64,000 bases of DNA from Mobula birostris (GCF_030028105.1 NC_092395.1:43242459-43306458); one strand, 5' to 3'. Shown: positions 11,995 to 25,469, numbered from the stretch's first letter. The notes: generated from the sequence alone by a model not told the origin. Translations and numbers: made by a program.

Positions 11995-13010
11995 AGGAAT
12001 GAAAACCTGGTCACATCTCTGTCATTTCTCGGACATGCCCAAGTTTAACGAATAAGGGTATACAGAAAGCAACTTCAGATAACAATTCTATATGGGTTGT
12101 CACTGGGGAATAACTGCATATCCACAATTTACAAATGTGTTTTTGTGGTTCAATTTTTCTCTTTCACTGAGGGCATATGTGCATCTAACCCTGTGACGAC
12201 TCTTCCCATGGGAATCCGAACAGTGAGTGTGGGCAGACAAGGGCAAGTGAATCCATCTCACCCAGTGTTGCCCTCTTCAAACAGCCAGCAATCAGGGTCA
12301 CTGATAGTGAGCAGGAGTGTGGACATCATGGCTGAGGTTTAACTTGTAATGCTGAGCTGGGACATTGGTTATAGTAACTGAATTCTCCTTGGAAGAACAA
12401 TTGATCAATTCTGGAATAGGCAGCATGACATGGACCTTGTTGTTCTCTACATCTCAAGAAATGATTATGTGAAGACACATTCTATTATATTAAATCTATC
12501 TACATATTTACACTGGGATCAATGACATACATCTCCCTTGGATCCATTGCTTCATTTATTGCATTGAGATCTGGTCATCCCATTATGGGAACAATGCTTT
12601 AGAGAGGGTGCAGAATAGGTTTATGAGGATGCTCTCCAAAGTTGAAGGCAGGTGCTATAGGGAGGGTTTGGATAAATCTGGTGTTTTATTTCCATTATAA
12701 AAGTATCTGACACTAGATGGCATGCATTTATGGTAAGAGGGGTAAGTTCAAAGGAGATTTGCAGGGTACATATTTACACAAAGAGTGGTGAGTGCCTAGA
12801 ATGCACTGTCAGAGTTGGTAGTGGATGTTAAGATGATAAAAGACATTTCTGACGCTCTTAAGTAGGCACCTGAATGTTCAGAGAAGGAAGACAGATGAAT
12901 ATTGCATAGCAGAAAGGAATTGTTTATTAAAGCATTAATTAACCTTGTGGCTCAAAAGGCCAGTTCCTGTTCTGTACTATTCCCTGTTCCTTTCTGATCA
13001 TCACAGGAAG
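11995..13010. repeat. Segmental duplication block (paralog of 17990-19010)
   Basis: Colinear similarity over about 1 kb, including a non-TE portion and CR1 remnants. Confidence 0.88.
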
Positions 13011-13014
13011 GTAA

Positions 13015-13690
13015 ATGCAACTTCAGCATTAGTTTTGAGGGGAGTATAATATAAAAACAAGGATGTAATGTTGAGGCTCTACAAGGTATTAGTCAGACTG
13101 CACAAGGAGTATTGTGAGTAGTTTTGGTCCCCTTATCTGGAAAAGGATGTACTGGCTTCATAGAGAAGGTTCACAAGGGTAATCGCTGGAATGAAAAGGT
13201 TAACGTTTGATGTGTGTTTGATATCTCTGGACCTGTACTCACGGGAGTTCAGAAGAATGAGGAGGGGATCTAATTGAATCCTATTGAATATTGAAAAACC
13301 AAGTGGAGTGGATGTGGAGAGGATGTTTCCAATATTTGGAGAATACAGGATGAGGGAGCACAGCCTCAGAATACGAGGATGTCCCTTTTGAAAAGAGATG
13401 GAAAGGAAGTTCATTAGCCAGAGGGTGATGAATCTGTTGAGGTTTTTGCCACAGGCAGTTGTGGAGGCCATCTCAATGGGTTTATTTAAAGCAGAGATTG
13501 ATAGGTTCTTGATCAGTAATAGTGACAAAGCATATGGGGAGAAAGCCAGAGAATGGGGTTCAGAAGGATAATGAATCAACCATGAATCAATGAGGTTGAA
13601 AAGGATAATAAATTCAACATGACAAAGCAGACTCGATGGGTCAAATGGCCTAATTCTGCTCCTATGTTTTATGGTCTTATGGAGATTTTA
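13015..13690 (+). mobile_element. CR1 3' end (paralog of 22890-23545)
   Basis: CR1 C-terminus and the same idiosyncratic 3' UTR (GAATCAACCATGAATCAATG...AAAGCAGACTCGATGGGTCAA). Confidence 0.8.
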
Positions 13691-14919
13691 CAGTGGAAGG
13701 AAGATTCCTGATGAAGCAGCAGAACATGCTTGGGTTGAATGTAGTCCATGAGCAACTGCTGCAGTGATATCATGGGACTGGGACGTTTGAAGTACAACAA
13801 CCACAAAATTTTACACAGGTGAGATATAATTCCAGTCACTGGTGTGCTTTACTCATGATACCCCATTGATTTCCGTGTTACCAGAAGTTGATGGCATGAT
13901 TGAGGATAACAGAACAGGTATCAATGGGGTTGCTCTGTTGGGAACTTGCATGGACCCAATGGACTGAATGGCCTCATTATGCATTTTAATAAATTGCACC
14001 ATAAGACCACAACACATAGGAGCAGAAACAGGTCATTCAGCTCATCTACTCCGCCATTGCATTATGGCTGATTTATTAGCAGCAGTAGTTCAATGCAATA
14101 CATAAACTAGAAGAGAAAACTAAATAAATAAAATAATAATAATAATAATAAATTAGCAAGTAAATCAATTACAGTATATATCTAACCCTCAGGCTTGGCC
14201 AGCATGTGTCTGTCTTGGGGGAAACAACTTCTGGCTCTGTCAAACTGAGAAATCTCGTTTGTGTGGATGCTACGTGATGTGTTGTCAGGTTACAAATCCG
14301 CACTGCAAAATATGAAACAGTACACAATATGTGATTAAGCAATTGACCTTTGTCATGCTTAATTTGACTCTATGGTTAGTAAAGAAACAAAAAAAACAAA
14401 ATAGGTCCATTCTCATGAAACAGTCTATTGTGCATTATTGGAGGTCACTATTCGTTCATTTGTTCCCATTGACCTCCAAGCATAGCCTGCCTTTGCACCC
14501 ACGCTCATCATTCCACTCTGACCAGCGGTCTTCCGACTGTCGCCATGCAGACCTCTATCTCTCCATCGATCCCCGATGAAAAGACTACGAGAAACCCGGC
14601 TCGCAGACACACAAGAAAGAACAACATTTCTCCCATTGGATTCCAAAGCCCCATTATCTCTTGTCATAACCCAAATATTGCTGTTACAGAGAAACCATTA
14701 CCTCAGCAGTGGAACATTGCATAGAAGCCATGACATTAGCCTTGACAGTGAAACCTTACAGCGCGTTACAAACGTATATTGAATAGATTAAAAAACATGC
14801 AAAAACAGAAATATTAAAAAAGTAAGGTAGTATCCAAGGGTTCAATGTCCATTTAGAAATCGGATGGCAGAGGGAAAAAAGCTGTTCCTGAATCGTTGAC
14901 TGTGTGCCTTCATGCTTCT

Positions 14920-16745
14920 TAGGTTAGTAGGTTAACTGGTCATTGTAAATTGTCCCATGATTAGGTTAGTGTTAAATCAGGGGTTGCTGGGCTACGTGGG
15001 TTGAAGAGCTGGAAGGCCCTTTTCCACACTGTAGCTCTAAATAAATACAAATAAATAAACTAGGTAGACAGGTTTGTGTGTGTGTGCATGTGCGTGATGA
15101 ACCCTTCGGACCAGCGAGGGGCGTCGGGTAGCGGCAGGTCTTGATGCATCTGAATGTCATTTATTTGAGGTTATTGGATTTATTTTAATGACTACTTTTA
15201 TCATTAAGCAGACACTTTTTTATGGGATGCCTGTCATGTGAATATGGTTTCCTGTGCTTCTTATTCTTGGTCCTTTTTTTGATTTTGATTTTGACCCTCA
15301 AGGGTTGCTTGCGTATTATATTCCATTTAAGTTTATTCTGGACCAGCACTCATCGCTGAGTCCTGAATTTTCATTCTGTGAGCTCTAGTCCTGAGTAAGT
15401 GAGCAGTTGGTTTGATTACTCTTTACATTATTCTCCAAATAAATCTTCATCATTAATTTCCTCTGTCTGCAGAGTCCTGAATTTACTCTGTGCCCGGATC
15501 CACTTGTGTGAGTATTATGACAGCAGGACTCAGCCAGTCATGGACACAGTGGAGTTTGATGTCATGAACAGCATCTCCAATAAATACTTGCATCATTGCA
15601 GAAGGACTCTGGTTTGAATCACTCGCCTGTGTGTCCTGCTAAATGTTCCCAGAACTACCATGGAGAGTCAATTAATCTGCTGCCCTGGAGCGATACAATA
15701 GGGACACTGAATCTTGCCGCGAGTTCTAAAATCAATTCTCCCTAGTCGTTGAGTTAGAACTTGCAGGGTTCCCTTCGGACAGGTATAAGGAGGCCTATAT
15801 AATTTCCCTCCTCTCGGGCAGAGCCCTTTCATGGGCAACAGCTTTAGAGGAGAAGGATGCTGCTGTGTATTCTGAGATAAATCTAATTGTAAGAATGATG
15901 AGGAGAATATTCTGTCATCCTGCTGGGGCCTCAGAGGGAGCCAGCAGACGTCTACAGCTACATCAGGGAGCGTGATACATGGCCGACTATTGCATTGATT
16001 TTTGTACCCACATGGCAGAACGCATGTGGAATAATGTTTAGACAGGGATTAAATGACCAGTTTAGAGGCGTTTTTGCGTCCAAGGATCAGGCAGTGCAAT
16101 TGGAGGAATTTAAGACGTGACCATAAGAATTGACAATCATATTCCTGAAAGAAGGCCGGAGAGATGTGGCAAGTTCACCCAGAAGGCTGTTTCTCAGAAA
16201 TGCCCAATGCCTACTCCGGTTCCTCAATCTAGTAGCCAAAGCAGACCCCACAGACTTTTCTGGAAAATCCCATGTAACCTGGAACAAGCCGGGTCTCCCC
16301 AGCAGAGTGAGAGGGACATAAGTGGCAGAAGCATTGCTAGTACTGTGGTACAACCGGCCACTTCCGAGTCACCTGCCCCAGGTTGTTGGGAAAACTCCAA
16401 GGACTGTCCAGTGAGTGGAAAACTCTTAAGGTTAGTCTCAAGACTCTCTCCCGTTTTGTCAAGTTCTGGAGTGGATATACTACTCCTAATATCTTGGGGG
16501 AGACATCAACATTCTGTGAGAGCCTTGGAAGAATCTGGATCATCAGAAAATTTTTTGGACATCAGACTGGCTGAGAGATTCCAAATTCATAAGGTAAGAC
16601 TCTGTCATCTTATCTGTGCTACGGCCTTGGATGGTAGACTGTTGGAATATGGACATATCCTTCATCTTTCTGTCCTCTCAAGTTGACGAATGGAAGTCCT
16701 AAGGATCCAATTCATTTCTACCTTATTCATTCTCCAGCCATTCCC
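14920..16745 (+). mobile_element. V-SINE plus sushi LTR and gag-protease (copy B)
   Basis: Colinear with 4965-7600 but lacks the solo LTR. ORF 16117-16686 contains the gag end and RALEESGSSENFLDI. LTR about 15092-15522. Confidence 0.88.
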
Positions 16746-16917
16746 CTAATAAGACCATGAGATACAGAATCAGAATAAGGCCATTTGGCTCAACTATTCT
16801 GCTCCACCATTTCATCATGATGGATCCATTTCCCTTCTCAGCTCCAATCCCGTCTTCTCTTTATATCCTTTCATGCCGTGAGTGATCAAGAATCTAATCA
16901 ACCTCTGCCTTAAATAT

Positions 16918-17564
16918 TAGATTAGATTAGATTATGAGGACACACAGTCCTCTTTTATTGTCATTTAGTAATGCATGCATTAAGAAATGATACAATGCCT
17001 TTCCAGAATGATATCATGGAAACACATGACAAACCGACTTAAAAACTAACAAAAACCACATCACTATAACATATAGTTACAACAGTGCAACGCAATACCG
17101 TAACTTGATAAGAACAGACCATGGCACAGTAAAAGTCTCAAAGTCTCTCGGAAGTCCCATCATCTCACGCAGACAGTAAACCTCCGGCGCCACCAACTTG
17201 CCGATGCAGCATACTGGAAGCATCTGACCACAGTCCGACTCCGAGTCCATCCAAAAACTCCGAGCCTCTGACCAGATCTCTGACACCGAGCGCTGAGCAC
17301 CATCTCTGCCGAGTGCTTCAACCCGGGCCCCATCAACAGACAATGAGGCAAAGCCGAGGATTTGGGGCCTTCGTCTCCAGAGATTCTCGATCATACAGCA
17401 GCAGTGGCAGTGAAGCAGGCATTTCAGAAGTTACTCCAGATGTTCCTCCCTGCTTCTCATGGCTGTCTCCATCAAATCCGGTTTGTGCACAGTCCCCTAG
17501 TTATACATACGATATTCATGCGGAACGGAAGCGTGCGCTGTGTCGCGCCACCACCTTCTCCTCC
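16918..17564 (-). mobile_element. ~650-bp non-autonomous retroelement, copy 1
   Basis: (AATCT)n tail after GACAATAAA and a GC-rich head. Homologous to 40171-40783 and 53382-54078. Absent from the paralogous site at about 7775. Confidence 0.8.
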
Positions 17565-17989
17565 CTCCACGGACTTGGCATCCACACTCACCTGTGGCAA
17601 TGAATTCCACAGATTCATCACTCACTGGCTGAAGAAATTCCTCCTCATCTCCATTCTAAAAGGGTGCCTGTATTTTGAGGCTATGTCCTCTGGTCTTGTC
17701 CTCCCCCACCATAGGGAGCATCCTCTCCACATCCACTTTGTTGAGGCCTTTCAACATTCAATAGCTTTCAATGAAGTCACCCCTCATTCTTCTGAATTCC
17801 AGTGAGTAGAGGCCTAGAGCATAAAATGCTCCTCATATGATAAGCTTTTCAATCCTGGAATCGTTTTTGTGAACCTCCTTTGTACCCTCTCCAATGTCAG
17901 CATATCCGTTCTCAGATAAGGGGCCCAAAACTGCTCATAATACTCCCCTGTGCTTTATGAAGCCTCAGCATAACATCAAAACATGAAAC

Positions 17990-19010
17990 ATGAAATCAAA
18001 ATCTGGTCGCATCTGTGTCCTTTCTCAGACATGCCCAGGTTTAATGAATAAGGGCATACAGAAAGTAGCTTCAGATAACAATTCTATATCAGTTGTCACT
18101 GAGAAGAATAACTGCATATACACAATTTACACATGTGTTTGGGTGGTTCAAATTTCCTCTTTCTCTGAGGGTATCAGGAGCATCTAACCCAGTGACAACT
18201 CTTCCCATGGGAATCCAGACAGTGAGTGTGGGCAGACAAGGGCAAGTGAATCCATCTCACCCAGTGCTGCCCTTTTCAAACAGCCAGCAATCAGGGTCAC
18301 TGATAGTGAGCAAGAGTGTGGACATCCTGGCTGAGGTTTAACTTGTAATCCTGAGCAGGGACATTGGTTGTAGCAACTGCATTCTCCTTGGAAGAACAAT
18401 TGATCAATTCTGGAATAGGCAGAATGATGTGGACCTTGTTGTTCTGTACATTTCAATAAATGATTATGTAAAGACACATTCTATTACATTAAATCTATCT
18501 ACATATTGATGCTGTGATCAATGACATATTTCTCCCTTGGATCCATTGCCTCATTTATTGCATTGAGATCTGGTCATCCCATTATCAGAACGATGGGGAG
18601 GCTTTAGAGAGGGTGCAGAAGAGGTCTACCAGGATGCTGTCCAAAGTTGAAGGCAGGTGTTATTGGGAGGGTTTGGTTCAGTCTGGTATATTTCTCCCAT
18701 GATAAAAGTGTCTGATATGAGATGGCATGAATTAATGGTGAGAGGGGGAATTTCAAAGGAGATTTGCAGTGTACATGTTTACACAAAGAGTGGTGAGTGC
18801 CTGGAATGCACTGAAAAATTGGTAGTGGATGTTAATATGATAAAAGGCATTTCAGACGCTCTGAGGTAGGCACCTGAATGTTCAGGAAAGGAAGACAAAT
18901 GAACATTGTGTAGGCAGAAAGGAGTTGATTATTAAGGCATTTATTAACCTTGTAGCTCAAAAGGCCAGTTCCTGTTCTGTACTATTCTCTGTTCCTTTCC
19001 TATCATCACA
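17990..19010. repeat. Segmental duplication block (paralog of 11995-13010)
   Basis: Colinear similarity. Confidence 0.88.
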
Positions 19011-20099
19011 GAAATCCAAATTTCTCCATTTCGGTTCTACTTGAGGCACTATGGGTTCATGGATTTATGACCTGGGTTTGTATTATCCGGTGGGTGATCA
19101 TTAATGAATATCAATGATACAGTGCGCTGGAGCTTCATTTTGGAGAATTGCCCCCATTGGAGTTAATTATTTCAATTGGTTCCACTCTTCCCCTTCTCCC
19201 AAATTTAACTCTACTGCTGAGTCAGCAGAGAGCACATGCCACTAGAAACAGGCAGTTTTTTAAGACACCCCAATCATCAATTCAGCCATTCCTGAAACTG
19301 GAACCAGCAACACACATGATGCATCATCGAATGCCACTGTCCTGGAGGGGCAAGTGCAAACAAAAGCGCCCTCACTGTGCATTAGCCTAACGTGCACCCG
19401 ATAAGCATAATGTCAGCACAGCCAGAAAGGGACAATGAGAATTTTGGGGCTACTGGTGGGGTTGGGCGTTTGAGGAAGTTACTTGTGTTAGACCAGTTCA
19501 GTCACAGCTGCCTTTCCAACCCTCCAGAATATGTATAATGTATACACTTGTACAGTGATATTGGGCTAGAATTTCCAGTATCTGTACCAGAGATGACAAA
19601 GAAACTGGTCAGGGTAATGAATAACATTGGAGTAAGTCGGGCTGGGGTGTGGGATGGGGACGTGGAATCCAGCTTGTCTTGTCCCCATGTGCTGGTCATT
19701 TGTTTTAATGATGCTCTGAAGGAGCCTTGCAGTGAAACGCGATCCCACTCATCCAGACTGATTCCAGCCAGGTTCAGACCACGAAACCATGAAGGATTTC
19801 ACTACCTGGGCAGTCCTCTGTGTAATAATCAGCTGTAAAATCTGCTCTTCAGCAGTTTACTGCAGAGTGGGGTGGAATAAATCTGCAGTCATTCCTCTCC
19901 CCTCACTGACTCTCCAATTGTTATCCCACAATTGATCAGCCCACTGGTTTAGTCTGCATCTGGTTTTGGCAAAACAGTGCAGAGTGTAACAGAACTCACC
20001 AGTCCCAGGGCTGCACAGGTTCCCCCTTATTCCCATCTACTTCCTACAGAAGCAGTGGGCTATGCATTGGGAAGATAGGTACAAGTATGCTAAGGTAGC

Positions 20100-20400
20100 A
20101 TGTGTGGGGTGTCATGCACTGCTGATATCTCACAGCTTCAGCGACCTGGATTTGATCCTGAGCTTATCCATGTAAATTTGTATGTTCTCTCTGTGACCAT
20201 TTGTGCTTCACAGTGATGCTCCATTTTCCTTGTATTGTGCAGATATGAGATTGGAAATTTCCCCTTAGTGCAATGAAGAAAGAATAGAATCAAACTGTAC
20301 TTGATGGTGTGAATGAGTAAAATGGAAATGGCATCAATGGGGTTACTCCATTGGGTGCTCCTAAGGACCCAATGGGCTGAATGGCCTCATTATGTGTTTT
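20100..20400 (+). mobile_element. Degenerate V-SINE
   Basis: tRNA-like head CTCACAGCTTCAGCGACCTGGATTTGATCC, central GTATGTTCTCTCTGTGACC, CR1-like tail GGGCTGAATGGCCT. Confidence 0.6.
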
Positions 20401-21479
20401 GCTAAAGGAACAATTGCACAGTTTCTGCTCTAGTATTTGGTATAACATTACAACAAATGAGATTTATCTTCCTCCTGTAGAAAGCACTGAGATATCACTA
20501 ACTGGGAACAGGTTGGTGTGAGATTTCTCAGGTGGGAGTGGTGGGTCTTGGCCATTGCATTGCCGATATTTGGTGAATGTGTTTTCTTTCCAAGAAACCT
20601 GGGCTACAGTGCCTGTGATATGGGAAATTGAACCTGGATCTGACTCAACACAATGAACGAGGGAGCACTCCGGAAGGAAAACACCTCTTGCAGACAAGGA
20701 CGCTGTTTAAATTGGAGTCAGTTTTGTGGGTATTCAAACACTTGGCCAGCTCCTGACAACTCCAGTAAGATGGAGTAATCTGAGTCCTTCCTTGTATTGA
20801 GCAGGAAGATTCCATGAACCCCTGCCAATCAGATCTGAGTGGGTATTTGGCTACCAACTGAACACTGGGTAGAATTGTGCAAGGAATGGCTGCGTGAAGC
20901 TATTTCAAAGTGAGGTCCAGTATTGCTCAGTCATGCACAATCTTCAGTGATGTGTCATGAATTCATTTAGGTAAATTTCTACATGAACATTCATTTCGAT
21001 GAAATAGATTGCACAGCCCCTTGAACCTGCTCTGATATTGAACCACATTATGGTTGACTTCTTGAAACCTTAAAGTTCCAATACTCTTTGTTCCAAGTAA
21101 CCTTTCACCCTCTTCTGAATTTGAAAGTATCAATTGGTTTTGCTTCCAAAGCCCCTTGAGAAATGATTCAAAGGTTTATGACCCTCTGAAAGAGAAACAA
21201 ACTTATCTTCACATCTGTCCTAAATGATCAGCCCCAGTCTTTCAAAAATTAGCATCTCGTTCTGGAGGCTTCTTCAAAAGGAGACATCCTGTCCATAGCC
21301 ACCCTGCCAAGATCGACCAGGAGATGATGATCCAATCAATTTCCCTCTCAGTCTTCAAAACTTCAGTGGACACAGGCCTCACCTTCCCTCACAAGATGAT
21401 CTACACATCAGAGTACAGAATCCAGTGAACGGGGAGATTAGAGAGAAAAAGCAGGGCTCCTCCTTCCAAGAGAGGAACC

Positions 21480-23545
21480 TTAGGCATTGGATTTAGCTGT
21501 ATTTGGAAAAATGTGGGCTTAGTAGTGATAGTCGGGATGGCTGTGTGCAAGGCAGATCATGCCTTACAGAACAGATTGAGGTGTTTGGGGAGGTGACGAA
21601 GATGATTGATGAGGGTAGAGCAGTAAAAGTTGTCTACGTAAATTTGAGGAAGTCTTTTGATAAGCTCCTTCAAGGTAGCCTGATGCAGAAGATCAATTCA
21701 CATTGGATCCATGATCACTTTGTGGACTGGATTTAAAATTAGTTTTCCATAAAAGATAGTGTGTAATCATGGAGGGGCAATATCTAGATTGGAAGGCTAT
21801 GGCTATTGGTGTTCTGCAGGTATCAGTGCTGGGACCTCTGTTTTTTTATGATGAACAGCAAATGACTTGGATGAAAGTACAGAGTAGCAGATTGGTAGGC
21901 TTGCCAGTGGCAAAAGGAATACAGAGAGTTTTTGTAGTATCCCATATGTGATCTCAGCAGTGCTCCTTTCAACAGAAACACAGAATGTTGAATTCAGATA
22001 AGCTACCTGGACAGATAGATAAGCAACTTGAGCCCAAAGGACTACACCCCATGTTTCTGAAAGAGGTGGCTTAAAGATTGTGGAAGTGTTAGCAGTCATT
22101 TTTCAAGAATCATTAGATTCTGGGATGGTTTTGGAGGACTGGAAAATTACAGATGTCACTCCACTCTTTAAGAAGAGAGGGATGAAAAAGACAAGAAATT
22201 ATAAGCCAGTTTGTCTGCCTTTGGTGGCTGGCAAAATATTAGATTCCATTCTTCAGGGTGAGGTTTTGGGGCACATGGAGACACATAAAAAACAGGCCAA
22301 AATCAGCATGGTTTCCTCAATAGGAAATCTTGCTTGAAAAATCAGTTGGAATTCTTTGAGGAAATAACAGCAGGATTGACAAAGAAGAGTCAGTTCCTGT
22401 TTTTACTTGGATTTTCAGAGCCTATGATAAGAGCACATGGATAGAAGGTTGGCTGACAGGCAAGAAGCAAAGTGTGAGAATAAAGAGGGCTTTCAGTCAT
22501 TGAATTCCATGACTGGTGTTGTTCTGCAGGGGTCAGTGTTGGGACGGCTTCTTTTCCATTTCTATATCAATGATTTAGATGAGGAAATTGATAGCTTTAT
22601 TGGGCAAGTTTGTGGACAATACAAAAATAGGTAGACAGGCAGCTTGTGTTGAGGATAAAGGGAGTATGGAGAAGAACATTGGCAAATTTGGAAAATGGAC
22701 AAAGAGGTGGGAGATGGAAGACATAGGGAGGTGTTTGGCCATGCACGTTGGGAGAAGAAATAAAGGTGTGGAATATTTTCTCAGCAGGAGAAAATGTTCA
22801 GAAATCAGAGGTGCAAAGCGAGTTGATAGTCCGGGTACAAAATTCCCTAACAATTAATTTGCAGGTTAAGTCAGGAGTAAGGAAGCTCAATGCAACTTCA
22901 GCATTAGTTTTGAGGGGACAATAATATAAAAATAAAGATGTAATGTTGAGGCTTTACAAGGTATTAGTCAGACCACACAAGGTGAGGACTGTGAGCAGTT
23001 TTGGTCCCCCTAACTGGAAAAGGATGTACTGGCAATGTAGAGGAGGTTCACAAGAGTGATTGCTGGAATGAAAAGGTTAACGTATGATGAGCGTTTGATG
23101 GCTCTGGATCTGTACTCACTGGAGTTCAGAAGAATGAGGAGGGGATCAAATTGAATGCTATTGGATATTGAAAAGCCAAGTGAAGTTGATGTGGAGAGGA
23201 TGTTTCCAATATTTGGGGAATATAGGACTAAGGAGCAGAGCCTCAGAATATGAGGATGTCCCTTTAGAACAGAGATGAAAAGAAAGTTCTTTAGCCAGAG
23301 GGTGATGAATCTGTTGAAGATTTTGTCACATTCAGCTGTGGAATCCATCTCAATAGGTTTATTTAAAGCAGAGGTTGATAGTTTCTTGATTAGTAATGGT
23401 GTCAAAGCATATGGGGAGAAAGCAGGAGAATGGAGTTCAGAAGGATAATGAATCAACCATGAATCAATGGGGTCGGAAAGGATAATAAACTAAACACGAC
23501 AAAGCAGACTCGATGGGTCAAGTGGCCTAATTCTTCTCCTATGTT
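21480..23545 (+). mobile_element. Stack of degenerate CR1 ORF2 fragments
   Basis: GRSCLTEQIEVFGEVTK, VTPLFKKRG...NYKPVCL, VLQGSVLGRLLF and KFVDNTKIG. Confidence 0.8.
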
Positions 23546-24559
23546 TTATGCTATTCCATCATGCCTGATTCATTATCCCTCTCATTCCCATTTTTCTGCC
23601 TTCTACACGTACAGGTTGACGCGTTTACTGAACAAGAAACTGTCAATCTCCATTTTAAGTGTACTTAATGACTTGGCCAGCACAGCCAACTGTCGCAATG
23701 AATTCCACAGACTCACCACCCTCTCGCTGAAGAAATTCCTCCTCATCAATGTTCGAAAGGGACGTCGTTGTTTTCTGAGACTGTTCCCTCTCGAGGAGTG
23801 CAGCTTGGGAACATGTCGGTGTGAGGATTCTTTGTGTGATGGGAATGGTGGGTTTTGCCCATTGCAGGGTGGTGTTTTAGTGAGTGTGCTTTCTTTATCA
23901 GGAACTCAGTGCCGCAGTGCCTGTGCTGTTGGGAATTGAACCTGGGAGTTCCCCTCCAATCTACCTTTCTATGCATGTGCAAATGGCACGGATCAAACTG
24001 GCAGCTGTACCAGGATTGCTGGGTCTCTCTTTACCTCTCCCTTTTTCACCCATCCCACACCACTCCTTTCCCGCCTTTCTGACTCCTGGGCGTTTTTCTC
24101 TCTCATCTCACCTTCGCTATCGGCTGTTTCTCTGTCACTCCCTCTTTCTCTATCCATCCCATCTCTCCTTCCCTCCCTCATGATTTCTCTTTCTCAGAAC
24201 AGACACACACTCTTCCTCCCTCTGCCACCACTCTCATGCTCCTCAGAATGAACAACAGCAGGGAAGCAGCCATTGTTTGAAACCCCGGACTGAATCGCCC
24301 AATGGTGACTACCCCGTCCATCGAAGTAACGGCAAGGGGGTGAGGGGGAGGTCAGCAGTGGAGGGCTCTGAGCGAGTTGCTGGGGAGGGAGAGGAAGGAC
24401 CAAAATCGGAACAGGTTTCGGGAAATGAATGCAGTGGCGCTGCAGATCGAGAGAGGGTGAGGGTTCAGCCTAGGAAGCATTGATCGGAGTGGGAAGGAGA
24501 AGGGAGAGAGGGCGAAAGTATGGCTGGGAGAGTAGTGGAAAGGGGACCAGCAGTTAACG

Positions 24560-24830
24560 TAAAGTAAATCCTGAACCACTCTGTCTCTGGACTCCTGTAG
24601 CTGCATACCATCACCCAAAAGATAGTTGAGGAACAGTATTTCAACTTATTACTGGGAAGTTTACATCCCTTGTGACCCAACCATTTCAGATACCCAGATT
24701 TTCTAGTTTGTGTCAGTATTGTTAATTTCTGGAGAAAACTTATTAGCCCAGAGCGTAAATACAATTTATTCCTCTCTCCACCAATGCTGCCACAGAACCT
24801 GAATATTAGCAGCCACGTTCATGTTCATTT
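24560..24830 (+). mobile_element. Penelope-like element 3' remnant
   Basis: QKIVEEQYFNLLLGSLHP resembles the PLE tail RKLEEQHLIFRLGTLQP, followed by CCACCAATGCTGCC, similar to the pLTR sequence. Confidence 0.55.
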
Positions 24831-25117
24831 CCTTTACTAACCTTCCCAAAACCAACTGCTTTGTTCTCATTTTACATCGTAGCCTAACAGTCAACCCATC
24901 ACCCTGACCCGATTCTTTCCAGTATCTCCGCAATGGAACTTCCCGTCATTCGTTGCTGATATTCGGTGTCCAAGGCTGCCGTCGAGATTTCCTGAACTTC
25001 ACAAACCAGAGATAGACGAGTCTCCCCTCTCTTCCCTCCTCCCACTCGGTATCAGAATAGGAAAAACACGAAAGATGTCGAAACGCACACACGGAAATCA
25101 TTCCTGCACTGATCATC

Positions 25118-25123
25118 TTTATT
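25118..25123 (-). terminator. Polyadenylation signal of IgL transcript
   Basis: AATAAA on the minus strand about 350 nt after the C stop codon, followed by a GT-rich tract (GTGTGTGCGTTT). Confidence 0.75.
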
Positions 25124-25469
25124 GGTAGTTCGTCACCGTTACTGTCTGTCAGTCTGCTCTTGACGACGAATCACTAAAACATTAATTAATAATTCTAATT
25201 AATCCATACCTAATTTCAGAGAAAACCATTCACCGCCTGAAATTTCCAGAAGACAAGTACCTGTCCGCTTTAACACCTTGTAGCCGTCTCAGTAGGAAAA
25301 AGAACATAATCAGCCTCAGGTACAAATATTCCAACATCGAAGTGGAAACTACAGAGAGCGGAACAGAAGGGAAGTACAGGGAAGAGCGAGTGAGAGTGGT
25401 AGAGGTGAAAGATACAAGGCCATGATCTCCCGTTAATCGGAAACAAACAAGGCCGAAGCCGCGCTCTGT

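Noticed and set aside
14416-14770. Possible minus-strand solo LTR (TGTAAC...TTTCA)
   Set aside because: No matching TSD and the left boundary is unclear. Left unassigned as an insert within a Rex1-like tail.
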